From NCBI RefSeq assembly GCF_963921235.1, contig NC_086097.1:61258001-61322000 (forward strand): 64,000 bases of DNA. The letters run 5' to 3'. A program made the translations under genes and the position numbers. Positions 12,301 through 25,000 of this stretch are shown here, piece after piece. Numbering within the stretch: position 1 is the first letter of the stretch; the number at the start of each line of letters is the position of its first letter. Source of the stretch: Mobula hypostoma. Taxonomy: Eukaryota. The notes under the pieces were generated by a model that searched no databases, was not told where the DNA came from, and saw only the letters and a program-made list of their open reading frames with translations.

Positions 12301-13195
12301 GTACTTTCTTAACGTTATCGACGAGTACTCGTGGTTCCCCTTCGCCATCCCCTGCCCCGACACCACTACCACGTCAGTTATAAAAGCCCTGCACAAGCTC
12401 TTCACTCTGTTCCGATACCCATGCTATATCCACAGTGACAGAGGGTCCTCATTTATGAGTGACGAGCTGCGCCAATATCTGCTGGCTAGGGGTATTGCAA
12501 CCAGTAGGACCACGAGCTGTAATCTCCGGGGGAATGGACAGGTAGAGAAGGAAAATGGCACAGTGTGGAAAGCCACACTCTTAGCCCTCAGGTCAAAGGG
12601 ACTGCCGGTCTCCCGCTGGCAGGAGGTCCTTCCCGAGGCACTCCACTCCATCCGCTCCCTGTTATGCACGGCCACCAATGCCACCCCTCATGAGCGGCTC
12701 TTTTCTTTTCCCAGAAAATCGACCACTGGAACCACCCTACCATCTTGGCTGATGTCCCCGGGGCCAGTGCTGCTCCGGAAACATGCGAGGAGCAATAAAT
12801 ACTCCCTGATAGTCGAGAGGGTTCACTTACTTCATGCGAACCCCCAGTATGCCTACGTGGTTTTACCTGATGGGCGGGAGGACACGGTCTCCATCCGTGA
12901 CCTGGCACCCGCAGGGGCACCGGGCCCCTACCCTGAACACTCCGTGGTGACTATTAACCCCATACCCACTGATATATGTACCCACGAGACACTGCACACC
13001 CCAACCCCTACACAGACACCACACGACACTTCCATACCGGGCGCAACGCACACGCACGAGGGATTACCGACGCCTAACGCGCTGACACCTGAAGTCAGGC
13101 CGGAGCCAGCACAACCGCCATCGCCGGTGCAATCACCGCTGGTGCTACGTAGATCACAGCGACGGACTCGACCGCCTGATAGACTTGACCTGTAA
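9309..13195 (+). pseudogene. Gypsy gag-pol polyprotein pseudogene
   Basis: Gag (9309-), zinc knuckle CSSCGKKGHFAKVC, protease LFDTGS, RT (SPWRAQVVVV, YLDN), RNase H ESDASD, and integrase H-x4-H…CQVC, IDEYS, HSDRGSSF, GNGQVEKEN. Frameshifts near 9855 and 10430; stops at 11525, 11828, 12206 and 12251. Confidence 0.93.
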
Positions 13196-13247
13196 ATATA
13201 CTTGTTTTAAATATTGTCAGTCGCTGCACCCCGTGGGACTCTTTTTT

Positions 13248-13264
13248 AAAAAAGGAAGAGCGAA
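13248..13264 (+). promoter_or_regulatory. Polypurine tract
   Basis: AAAAAAGGAAGAGCGAA immediately before the 3' LTR. Confidence 0.85.
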
Positions 13265-13495
13265 TGTGGTAAATCATATATATATGTTGTAACTGGGTTA
13301 CCTGTCTGGACACACCCCTCTGCTGACTGCCCCTGTGGCTCCTCCCACAGAGTCCTGTATAAAGGTGATTTCACCTTGCCCCTCCCCCTCAGTCCGGGGG
13401 CAGACACTCACCGTGGAGGTCGTATTGTACAGCGAATAAAAGCCTTTCAGTATTTTACCAAACCTCAGTCTTTTGGAGCTATTGAAGGTGCTTCA
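13265..13495 (+). repeat. 3' LTR (231 bp)
   Basis: Direct repeat of 9053-9282. Confidence 0.95.
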
Positions 13496-14153
13496 AAAGG
13501 CGAATGGTATGCTGGCATTCATAGCAAGAGGATTCGAGTACAGGAGCACGGAGGTACTACTGCAGTTATACAAGGCCTTGGCGAGACCACACCTGGAGTA
13601 TTGAGAGTAGTTTTGGTCCCCTAATCTGAGGAAAGACATTCGTGCCATAGAGGGAGTACAAAGAAGGATCACCAGATTGATTCCTGGGATGGCAGGATTT
13701 TCATATGATGAAAGACTGGATGAACTGGGCTTGTACTCTTTGGAATTTAGAAGATTAAGGGGGGATCTTATTGAAACATATAAAATTCTAAAGGGATTAG
13801 ACAGGCTAGATGTAGGAAGATTGTTCCCAATGTTGAGGAAGTCCGGAACGAGGGGTCACAGTTTGAGGATAAGGGGGAAGCTTTTTAGGACCGAGATGAG
13901 GAAAAACTTCTTCATACAGAGTGGTGAATCTGTGGAATTCTCTGCCACAGGAAACAGTTGAGGCCAGTTCATCGGCTATATTTAAGAGGGAGTTGGATAT
14001 GGCCCTTGTGGCTAAAGGGATCGGGGGTATGGAGAGAGGGCAGGTACAGGGTTCTGAGTTGAATGATCAGCCATGATCATACTGAATGGGGCTGCAGGCT
14101 CGAAGGGCCGAATGGCCTACTCCTGCACCTATTTTCTATGTTTCTATTTTTCT

Positions 14154-14330
14154 AGACTGGATCTAGATGTCAGGAAGGCGACAGTAACTCAAATAACCAC
14201 ACCCTACAACCGTGGGCAAAATAACATCTTTGAATGCTCAATACATCAATCCTTGAAATAGGTAGGCTACAGCAGCAGAATACGACACTGGATTTCACTC
14301 CTGTGACTAATAATATGGCCACAGAGTGTA
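14154..14330 (+). mobile_element. Tc1 remnant, right part with terminal inverted repeat
   Basis: Encodes RKATVTQITTPYNRG, a Tc1-like continuation of 6003-6191. Ends in taataatatggccacagagtg+TA, similar to the terminus near 48290-48313. Confidence 0.7.
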
Positions 14331-14371
14331 CGTTAATCTCTATAAAATTAAAATATTTGAATTTAATACTT

Positions 14372-14700
14372 AAACAAGAGAAAATCTGCAGATGTTGGGG
14401 ATCCAAGCAATACACACGGAATGCTGGCAGAGCTCAGCAGGTCAGGCTGCATCTGTGGAGGTGAGTGCAGTCGACATTTTGGGCCGAGATCCTTTGTCAG
14501 GACTGGAAAAAAGGATGAGGAGTCAGAGTAAGAAAGTGGGGGGAGGTGAGGAAGAAATGACAAGGTGATGGTTGAAACTGGGAAGGGGGAGGAGTGAAGT
14601 AAAGAGCTGGGAAGTTGATTGACGGAAGAGGTTGAAGAAAGGGGAATCTGGTGGGAGAGGACAGAAGGCCATGGGAGACAGAAAAGGGAGAGGAGCAGCA
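14372..14700 (-). mobile_element. Penelope-like 3' terminal region, inverted
   Basis: Reverse complement of ~15640-15960; degenerate hammerhead motif at 14468-14505. Confidence 0.8.
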
Positions 14701-14704
14701 GAGA

Positions 14705-15963
14705 TGTTTATTGATGTCTATTATAAGCCCACACTGACTCTCACAGCTACCTGGACAAAATCCCTTCCCACCCTGTTACTTGTAAAAATGCCATCCCCTT
14801 CTCTCAATTGGTCCATCTCCCCCACATCTACTCTCATGATGAGGGTTTTCATTGCAGAACTAAGAAGTTGTCCTCCTTCTTCAAAGAAAGGGGCTTCCCT
14901 TCCTCCACCATTAACTCTGCCCTCAAACACATCTCTTCCATTTTGCCAGTGTCTGCCTCACCCCATCCTCCTGCCATGCTACCAGGGATAGGGTTCCTCT
15001 TGTCCTCGCCTACCACTCCACCAGCCTCCGCATACAGCACATAATCCTCTGCGACTTCCGCCATCTCCAGCGGGATCCAGCTACCAGGCACATCTTTCCC
15101 TTCCTCCCACTTTCTGCTTTCCACATGGATCGCTCACTACACGACTCCCTTGTCCATTCGGCCCTCCCCACTGATCTCCCTCCTGGCACTTATTCTTGCA
15201 AGCGGAACAAGTGCTACACCTACCCCTACACTACCTCCCTTACTACCATTCAGGGCCCCAAACAAGCCTTCCAGTGAGAATCTCTTCACCTGTGGTCTGT
15301 TAGGGTCATCTACTGCATCCAAATCTCCCAGTGTGGCCTGCTGTATATTAGTGAGACCTGACATAGATTAGGGGACTGCTTCGTCAAGCATCTATGCTCC
15401 GTCTACCAGAAAAGTGTGATCTCCCAGTGACAACCCATTTTACTTCCACTTCCCAATCCCATCCCAATATGTCAGTCCATGTCGTGATGAGGCCACACTC
15501 AGATTGGAGGAGCAACACCTTATATTCCATCTGGGTAGCCTCCATGAGCATCGATTTCTTGAACTTCTGGTAATGCCCCCCCTCCCCTCACCATTCCCCA
15601 TTCCTCTTTCACCTCATCTCCTTATCAGTCTATCACCTCCCCCTTTTCTTTCCTCCATGACCTTCGTCCACTCCTATCAGATTCCCCCTTCTCCAGCCCT
15701 GTATCTCTTTCACCAATCAACTTCCCAGCTCTTTACTTCACTCCTCCTCCCTCCCAGTTTCACCTATCACCTTTTGTTTCTTCCTCCCCTCCCCCAATTA
15801 CTTACTCTGACTCCTCATATTTTTCTGGTCCTGACGAAGGGCCTCGGCCCGAAATGTCGACTGTACCTCTTCCTGTAGATGCTGCCTGGCCTGCTGCATT
15901 CACCAGCGATTTTTATGTGTGTTGCTTGAAATTCCAGCATCTGCAGATTTCCTCGTGTTTGTG
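14705..15963 (+). mobile_element. Penelope-like element, 3' third (thumb, GIY-YIG, tail)
   Basis: Colinear with 3400-4693 (FFKERGFPSSTINSALK; CKRNKCYT; VIYCI…LLYISET; EEQHLIFHLGSL). Confidence 0.88.
15826..15863 (+). ncRNA. Minimal type I hammerhead ribozyme motif (best plus-strand copy)
   Basis: tggtc-CTGACGA-a-gggc ctcg gccc-GAAA-tGTC-gactg. Confidence 0.7.
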
Positions 15964-16117
15964 CTATTGCAAGGAGAACCAGTTCAAATTGGAAACTGAA
16001 CTTAAGTTATTTCAGTTCACGGACGAGTCTACTCTTGTTATAAGCCTGCCTAGATTCTTCTGTCTCATCAAAGAGAATCACACATATAACTTATTTGGAA
16101 AACTTACTTGCATTGTA

Positions 16118-16256
16118 GGGGTATTAAGGGTTATGGGGAAAAGGCAGGTTGGTGGAGATGAGTCCATGGCCAGATCAGCCATAATCTTGTTGAATTGCGG
16201 AGCAGGCTCGATGGGCCAGATGGTCTACTCCTGCTCCTATTTCTTATGTTATTATG
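16118..16256 (+). mobile_element. CR1 3' end fragment
   Basis: gatgggccagatggtctactcctgctcctatttcttatgtt resembles the tail at 14100-14150. Confidence 0.7.
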
Positions 16257-18290
16257 AAATCATCTCTGATTACTGGTACAGCCTTCTTTATGTTCACTTT
16301 TGATTACTTCAGTCCAGCAAGAATTAGTTCAGAGAATCAGTCAAAAAACTGGTGGTGAGAAGAACGCTGTCACTAAATGACAGCCTTCACTTCTTCTACC
16401 ACACTGTGTGAATAAAGGCATTTGTTTTGACTGCTAGTTGATTTTCCCACTAGCTCTTTTGCAGATGTTTAATTTCCTCAGGCCAACAGTGTTGGAGGAA
16501 GGTGGGTAAGGTTTACTTTAGCTGCCAAATTTCAAGGGGCCTAGAAATCTAAGGTTAATCCCAGTAGTAAGGTAAACCTGATGCTATCAGCCATACTGTA
16601 ATATGTAAATGTTCAATTTGTCTCACAGGAGAGGATAAGACACTTGCCCCTTTATCTTCCAATGCCAGTCACACATCCCCTCCCAAAAACCACCTTCCTA
16701 TACTTGCGCTCTCATACATGTAAAAAGTCAGGCTGGGTTTGAGTTGTTTAATATTCTTACATTTCTTTTAATCCAAAGCCAAACATTTCTCTCAGAGAAA
16801 TTGCCTTTTCTGCCTATGTAGGATTTTTGCCAGAGTTATCCAATTAATCCTACTTTTTTTTTACACATTCTTGAAACTGCAATGTTTTCCAAAATGTCCA
16901 TCTATTTTGGAAAGGTAAAATTGAATCAGCTTCCACCATTCCTCCATATCCTAATCTCCAAATGATAACTCACTGTTCATAAAACTCACTTTTGATTCTT
17001 TTGTCAATTTTCTTAAATCAGTATCATTGACCTTCTGCCAGAGTAAAAGCGTCCTTCTTATATCATCTGTCAACAGGCTTGCAAATAACTGAAACCTCTC
17101 ATCTGGGCTGTCATTTTGATGAATCTACTAAGTATCATTTGCTCTAAAGAGAACAAAACTATCTGCAGTTTACTGGACGAGATTCCTACTTCAATTAATA
17201 TTTATCAGTTTTATACATGTCATTTCTGGTATCTCATAAATAAGTGTGGGTACATTAAGGAAAGAATCCTCAAAGTTAGCTGGAGACATGATCTGCACAC
17301 TATAAATTTCAGGTTCTGTCCAATTATCCTCTAAGCTATCCTGATAATTCACATATTGTATAGATTTGTTGCATTATTTTATATTGTCCACACTTTGCTG
17401 ATTTAGTCTTTTTAAAACAAGATCTAATTCCCATCAGGGATTTGTAGCTGAGAGCATTATCTATACCATTAAAGTGACAGACAAGCAGAGCAGTATTTAG
17501 GCAGGGAAAGGAAAGAGCTGTCATAAGCACCGAAGCATATCCTATTTCTTAACAGTTGGCTTAAGAACAGCCTTGTTCTTTTGGCAGAAGAATACAGAAT
17601 TGTTTGAGTAGTGACTGGTGGGAGTGGGGATAGAGCAGTGAAGATAGAATAGAAAAAAATAGAATAAGGAAAACATGAAAATGGATGGTTTACTGCCAAG
17701 GTGATGAAATAAAGGTGATTAGTTGTATATCATTATCCAGCATTTGTTTATCAAGCCTGATATGACAATGTGTCTTAGGCTCAGAATCAAGAACAGCAAA
17801 AAAAAAATCCCATTCTGTTGTGAGTACATCATGTACAGGAATGCAAAGCAGAGCTTACATTATTAATGCTTCTCTCCAAGGAATCATGCACTTGCATCAT
17901 TCTTCTTGCTTTGGTTTACATAAGGAGTCTGTCTATATCTGTAACCCTGTTACTAAGGCAGCACTGGCCACTGAGTTTCTTTATTCCAAGTTTCTTCCTT
18001 TTTCTATACTTGTATGTTATAAAGTCATGCAAGAATTAAATAGAATATTATATAAGGTAATAACTGGCTGAGTAAAAATGCATTAATGATTGAATACAGG
18101 AAAAAATGCTGCAAAAAGCTGGAAAGCTGTCTGATGATCTTTTTCTACTGATGAAAGTAGTACAGTATTTACAGAATAAGCCTAATTGTATAACTACAGA
18201 ACACTTATCAAATAAAAATATTAAACATACAGTGGTTCATTGTAAAATGTTAGAATAAGAATAGTGTTATTTCAGTTGATAGTCTTTAAG

Positions 18291-18455
18291 GAACTCAGCT
18301 GGCCAGGCAGCAACTATGGGAAAAGGTACAGTCAAAGTTTCAGCCTGAAACATCGACTGTACTTTTTTCTGTAGGTGCTGCCTGGCCTGCTGAGATCCTC
18401 CAGCATTTTGTGAGAGTTGCTTAGATTTCCTGCATCTGCAAATTTTCTCTTGTTT
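18291..18455. mobile_element. Short fold-back Penelope-tail insertion with a 12-bp TSD
   Basis: Inverted repeat centred near 18344; TSD ATAGTCTTTAAG at 18279-18290 and 18456-18467. Confidence 0.85.
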
Positions 18456-19244
18456 ATAGTCTTTAAGTTACTTTTTCATATCAACAAATGTGTTTACCTC
18501 CCATAATGTCTGTTCATTATCAAGTATACAAGCTAATATAATGTACATATTAGCAGGAGAAAATTAAAATCTTGATATTAAGATATCTAATTTCAGAGTT
18601 CCCGTCAACATTTCTTGGCCCAGCAGATAAACATTGAGTTGCTATGTTGATGTTTACCAACATCAGCACTCCCAATACACAGACTAAATTGCTTTAACTT
18701 ATTTGATGTCAGCTGCCTTTGAGTTGCAACATGCTGTTAATGCTGATCCATTACTGAGCATGGAAAATAAGGTCACACACTCCATTTACTAACGAGTCCT
18801 TAAAAATCAGAATTTATTAAAATTCTTGTTTTTAAATTTACAGCTTTGAATGTCTCGTGTTTTACAAAATAACATGGAGCTGTTTTCTGATTGGACAGCT
18901 GCCAGATTGGGTTATTTTGCTCAAATTTTAAAGGCTGGCAATGTTCAACAGATCAGGCAGTACTTATGGAGAAAGATAAAGTTCTATGTCAGTGGTCTCT
19001 GATCAGATTTGTTTGTCTGCCTGCTAATCAACTTTGCATCTAAGTAGAAAGGCTGTAGGATGAAAACAATGGAAAACTAGTCTGCAAGCCTATGAGGGCA
19101 TTTTTTGTAAGGAATAGATATCCAGTTTTTTTGCAGCATTGGCAATTAGGATTATCTCAAAATTCAGCCAGCAAATTGAATTCTTCACCTGCAGGTGTAT
19201 TAAAAGCCAGTGTGCAGCTGGCCAAGAAATATGTTCAAGGGCCA

Positions 19245-20045
19245 ATAGACTATTAGACACAGGAGCAGAATTAGGTCATTCAGCCCATTGAACCTGCTCC
19301 ACCATTGCATCATGATAAATTTATTATCCCTCTCAACTCCATCCTCTTGCCTTTCCCCCTTAAGCTTTGACACCCTTGCTAGTAAAGAACCTATCAAACT
19401 CTGTTTTAAATATATCCAATAACGTGGCCTCAGTAACCATCTGTGGCAATGCATTCCACAGATTCACCACCTCTGACTAAAGAAATTCTTCCTTATCTCT
19501 GTTCTAAAGGGACATCCTTCTGATGCTGTGCCCTCTGGTCCTACCCTCCCCCACCATTGGAAACATCCTGTTTACTTCCATTCTTGCTATATTTGACAGG
19601 TTTCAATGAGATCCCACATAATTCTTCTGAACTCCAATGAGTACAGGCTCAGAGCCATCAAATGCTCTTCATACATTAACGCTTTCATTCCCAGGATCAT
19701 TCTCATATCCTCTTTTCGACCCTCTTCTATGCCAGCACATCCTTTTTTAGATAAGGGGCCCCAAACTGTTCACAATTTTCCAAATGCAGTTTGACCAATG
19801 CCTTATAAAGCTTTGGAATTACATTGTTGCTTATTTTTTACTCAGCACTCTTGAAATGAGTTCTTACTGTTGAAATGTTGTAAGAAATGCCTTTCTTACT
19901 GCTGACTCAACCTGCAAGTTAACCTGAAGGGAAGCACTAGAACTTCCAGGTTTTTTTGAATTAGTACCCTGTTAAAAAAATAGTCTATGCCTTTATTCCA
20001 GTGCATAACCATTCGGTATACTGCACTGTATTCCATTGTCCATAT
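19245..20045 (-). mobile_element. CR1 LINE 3' fragment
   Basis: Reverse-complement similarity to the CR1 at 13500-14150. Confidence 0.75.
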
Positions 20046-20569
20046 CCCATTATTACAGTGGCCATCTATTAAGTTCCAGAAGTGTTTGAGATCTAAGGTG
20101 ATGTGCTCTATGACTAGATCACAATACTGAAAGGACTTTCTTTTGTAGGACCAGCCATTGCAGAATGCTCAAAGGTAAAATATCAGGTAACTGTTGGTCA
20201 CATTCAGGATGAGAGATTGGGGTCTAAGAATTTCAAGACTACAGGTCACTAAAGAGATCAGCTCCTGGGGATAATGAGTAGAGGAATTAGACTTTGCTTG
20301 CAGGACACTTTGAGGACAGGCTGTGGAATTCCTGGGGAGGGGAACAGGACAGAAGATCAGATTGCAGATTAATGGAGTGAAGTGACTGTGGTAGATTTGT
20401 GATTGGTGCGGTGGGGAAGCAAGGGCTCTGAATAAATGCATGGTCTATGCTGTGGTCTGGGGATGCTGACAGGGACCCTGAGGGACAGCCATCAAAATTG
20501 TTATGTATATTACTATTGGAGAACTATACTGTGATGTATATTTAGCATCAGACTCACTTTTAGTTCAGA

Positions 20570-20735
20570 ATCAGAATAAAGTTTAATATCATTGTCATAT
20601 GCCACAAATTTTTTTGTTTTGCTGCAGCAGTAAATTGCAGTACATAATAATAATAATCTATAAATTACATTAAGTATAAAATTCAATAAGTAGTGCAAAA
20701 AAAGGAGAAAGTAGTGAGGTAGTATTCATGGTCAC
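20570..20735 (-). mobile_element. Rex1-type 3' UTR fragment
   Basis: Similar to 22015-22150; (tcagaa) repeat tail. Confidence 0.55.
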
Positions 20736-22004
20736 TTGCACAAGTCTAGATTTGAGTGCCAACATCTCAGAGGCAAGCAGGGCGTAGAACAAAATCTGTA
20801 GACTTTATGGAAAATGCAGTAAATCCTCAATTTTCCTTTTCAATTTATGTTTCACTGACATAGCCTAATAATCACAATGTTACACTTTTAAGTTAAGATG
20901 GTCTGCCGGAGTAGTAAATGTTCTATTTTAGTTACTTTGTAATAATCCTTGAAATCAAATTTTAAAAATCTGGGCTAGCACCTTTAATGATTTCAAGCTT
21001 ATTCCAAAATTACATCAGTGATGTGTTTTTAAAGAGTAGTCATGTTTGTTTTGGAGCAAGCCAGTAGTGCCCAGTTGGATATTATAGAGTGTGTGATGAT
21101 GATCAGAGCTGCTATCAGTCATGTGCTTGCTCCTCTATGAGATAATGCCAAGGATTTTTGATTGCTAGATCAGCCCACTTTTGAAATTTACATTGGATTT
21201 ATTCTTCTTTCAGCTCAAAATGCCCTAATGCTTTCATTCTGTGGTGGCCTTTAAATTTTGGGACATTTATGATGGCCTTTAAATTTTGAGAGGATTGAGA
21301 GTCCTGTCAAAGCCAATTCCATTTACACTGAGTACAACAACAGAAGTTGGCAGTAGAAGTGTCAATATAGCCATGTTCTGGTGTGTAATTGATTGGAAGA
21401 ATGCTTTATGTGAAATTCCCAAATTTTTGTCTCATTTCCTCATCATTCCTCTCTCCTGGAGAATGTAACATTGCCACAATTACTCATGTGCCGATCACTC
21501 TGGGAGAGGTGGTTGAACTTCTTCATTTATCAGGGCAAGTTGTCATCCAAGGCTGTGCTGCTTTGGCCATGACTACGTGAGTTCCGCTTGGATTTCTCAC
21601 AAATTCTGACCTAATTGGAAAATCCTTGTCCTCAAATTGAAACACCACAGTTTTGCAATGGAGGTTTTAAATGACAGCATAAAGTATGACAAGACATATA
21701 ATATCCCTGCAATGATGCATGATCTGAAAGAAAAGTATCACTGGTGAAATGTCTCCCCTGTAACAACTGATCTTCAGACTATTCGGACAAGATGAGAAAT
21801 CAATAATGCTCCCTCTTGAGGATTATTGTGCTAAAGAATGCAACCTAAGGCTCCCATCTTTTTGCAGACTGCCAACATAGTTAGGATTGAGAGATATTCA
21901 GGAGTTCTGTTTCATTATCCCAGCTCTTAGATCATTGAAGAAACCATAGTGCCTGTCTTTGAAAAGAGCTGCCCTTGAAAAGCAGAGATTACAAGTTAAA
22001 AAAA

Positions 22005-25000
22005 CGTATCAGTGACATATGTCGTGAAACCTGCTTTTTTGCTGCAGCAGTACAATACAATACATAAAATATTATAAATTACAGTAAGTATATATAAAAA
22101 TTAAATTAACAAGCAGTGCAAAATCCTGCAAAAATAGTGAGGTAGTGTGCATATGTTGATTCATTTTCCATTGAAAAATGTGATGGCGAAGATGAAGAAG
22201 CTTTATTTAAAATGTTGATTGTGTTTTCAGGCTCTTGTCCTTCCTCCTTGTTGGTAGCAATGATAAGAGGTCAAGTCCTGGATGATGGGGTCCTTAATGA
22301 TGCATGCTGCATTTTTGAGTCATCATCTTTTGAAGGTGTACGCAACGCTGTGGAGGTTAGTGCCCATGATGGAGCTGCAACCCTCTGCAGCTTTTTCCAG
22401 TCCTGTGTGGTGGCCCCTACATACAAGATGACGATGCAACCAACTAAAACACTCTCTGCAGTATACTTGCAGAAATTCTCTAGAATCTTTGGTGGCATAC
22501 CAAATGCTCAAACTACTAATGAAAAGTCACCATTGGCATGCCTTCTTCATAATAGGGTTGTCGTGATGGGAGATCTTAATTTCCCCAATATTGATTGGCA
22601 TTACCCTAGAGCAAGGGGTTCAGATGGGGTGGAGTTTGTTAGGTGTGTTCAGGAAGGTTTCCTGACACAATATGTAGATAAGCCTACAAGAGGAAAGGCT
22701 GTACTTGATCTGGTATTGGGAAATGAACCTGCTCAGGTGTCAGGTCTCTCAGTGGGAGAGCATTCTGGAGAGAGTGATCACAATTCTATCTCCTTTACCA
22801 TACTATTAGAGAGGGATAGGAGCAGACAAGTTAGGATAACATTTAATTGGAATAAGGGGGAAATATGAAGCCATCAGGCAAGAACTTGGAAGTATAAATT
22901 AGGAGCCGATGTTCTCAGGGAAATGTACGGTAGAAATGTGGCAAATGGCCAGGGGATATTTGCGTGGTGTTTTGCAAAGGTACGTTCCAATGACACAGGG
23001 AAAGGATGGTAGGGTATAGGAAATGTGGTGTACAAAGGCTGTTGAATATCTAGTCAAGAAGAAAAGCTTACTAAAAGGTTCAAAAAACTAGGTAATAATA
23101 GAGATCTAGAAAATTATAAGGCCAGCAGGAAGGAGTTTAGGAATGAAATTAGGAGAGCCAGAAGGGGCCATGAGAAGGCCTTGGTGAGCAGGATTAAGGA
23201 AAAACCCAAGGCATTCTACAAGTATGTGAAGAGCAAGAGGATGAGCTGTGTGAGAATAGGACCAATCAAGTGTGACAGTGGAAAAGTATGTATGGAACAG
23301 AGGTGGTAGAGGAGGTTCTTAATGAATAACTTGCTTCAGTATTCACTAGGGAAAAGGATCTTGGCAATTGTAGGAATGACTTACAGCAAACTGAAAAGCT
23401 TGAACATATAGACTTTAAGAGAGAGGATGTGCAGGAACTTTTGGAAAGCATCAAGTTGGATAAGTCACCAGGACCTGACAAGATATACCCCAGGCTACTG
23501 TAGGAAGCAAGGGAGGAGATTGCTGAGCTTCTATCAATGATCTTTGTATCATCAATAGGGAGGGAAGAGGTTCTGGAGTATTGGAGGGTTGCAGGTGTTG
23601 TTCCCTTCTTAAGAAGGGGAGTAGCGATAGCCCAGGAAATTATAGACCAGTGAGTCTTAATTCAGTGCTTGGTAAGATGATGGATAAGATCCTGAGAGGC
23701 AGGATTTATGAACATTTGAGGAGGCATGATATGATTAGGAATAGTCAGCATGGCTTTGTCAAAGGCAGGTTGTGCCTGACAGAGTTTTTTTGAGGATGTG
23801 ACTAAACACATTGATGAAGGTAGAGCAGTAGATGTAGTGTGTATCAATTTCAGCAAGGCATTTGATAAGGTAACCCCAGATAAGGCTTATTGAGAAAGTA
23901 AGAAATCATGAGATCCAAGGAGACCTTGCTTTGTGGATCCAGAATTAGCTTGCCCACAGAAGGCAAAGAGTGGTTGTAGACAGGTCATATTCTGCATGGA
24001 GGTTGATGAGCAGCGGTGTGCCTCAGGGAACTGTTCTTGGACCCTACTCTTTGTGATTTTTATAAATGGCCTGGATGAAGAAGTGGAGGGATGGGTTCGT
24101 AAATTTGCTGGTGACACAAATGTTGGGGGTGTTGTGGATAGTGTGGAGGGCTGTCAGAGGTTACAGAGGGACATTGATAGGTTGCAAACCTGGGCTGAGA
24201 AGTAGCAGATGGAGTTCAACCCAGATAAGTGTGAGATGGTTCATTTTGGTAGGTAATACATGATGGCAGAATATAGTATTAATGGTAAGACTCTTGGAAG
24301 TGTGGAGGATCAGAGGGATCTTGGGGTTCCGACACCATAAGACTCTCAAAACTGCTGAGCAGGTGGACTGTGTGGTTAAGAAGGCATACGGTGTATTGGC
24401 CTTCTTCAACCTTGGGATTGAGTTCAAGAGCCGAGAGGTAATGTTACAACTTAATTGGACCCTGGTCAGACCCCTCTTGGAGTACTGTGCTCAGTTCTGG
24501 TCACCTCACTACAGGAAGGACATGGAAACTATAGAAGGGGTGCAGAGAAGACTTACAAGGATGTTGCCTGGATTGGGGAGCATGCCTTATGAGAATAGTT
24601 TGAGTGAACTTGGCCTTTTCTCCTTGGAGCGACTGAGGATGAGAGGTTACCTGAAAGAGGTGTATAAGATGATGAGAAGCATCGATTATGTGGATAGTCA
24701 GAGGCTTTGTCCCAGGGCTGAAATAGCTAACACAAGAGGGAACAGTGTTAAGGTGCTTGGAAGTAAGTACAGAGGAGGTGTCAGGGGTAAGTTTTTTATG
24801 CAGAGAGTGGTGAATGCGTGGAATGGGCTGCTAGTGACAGTTGTGGAGGCGGATATAGTATGGTCTTTTAAGAGAAACTTGGATAGGTACATGGAGCTTA
24901 AAAAATAGAGGGCTATGGGTAACACTGGGTAACTTCTAAACTAAGTACATGTTCGGCACAGCATTGTGGCCCTAAGGACATGTATTGTGCTGTAGGTTTT

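Larger units (their letters stand above)
9053..13495 (+). mobile_element. Full-length Ty3/Gypsy LTR retrotransposon (gag-PR-RT-RH-IN), inactivated
   Basis: TG…CA LTRs, 5-bp TSD AAAGG (9048-9052 and 13496-13500), a PPT, and Gypsy domain order. Confidence 0.97.
6198..14153 (+). mobile_element. CR1 LINE ORF2 (APE endonuclease plus RT), decayed, interrupted by a Rex fragment and a Gypsy element
   Basis: EN motifs (VGITETWL, VYRPP, MGDFN, ILDWV) and RT motifs (KSPGPDG, NYRPVSLTS, QHGF, SGVPQGSVLGP, FADDTKL). The reading frame AVKK|ANGMLAF is restored when the Gypsy is removed. CR1 3' tail cctattttctatgtttctat near 14130-14153. Confidence 0.93.

Noticed and set aside
9309..13195. Intact or domesticated gag-pol gene, or programmed frameshifting
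   Set aside because: There are multiple in-frame stops (TGG>TAG, CGA>TGA) and frameshifts within domains, consistent with neutral decay.
21440..21910. Coding-looking stretch (possible pseudogene or ancient ORF)
   Set aside because: The frames are short with stops and no motif was recognised.
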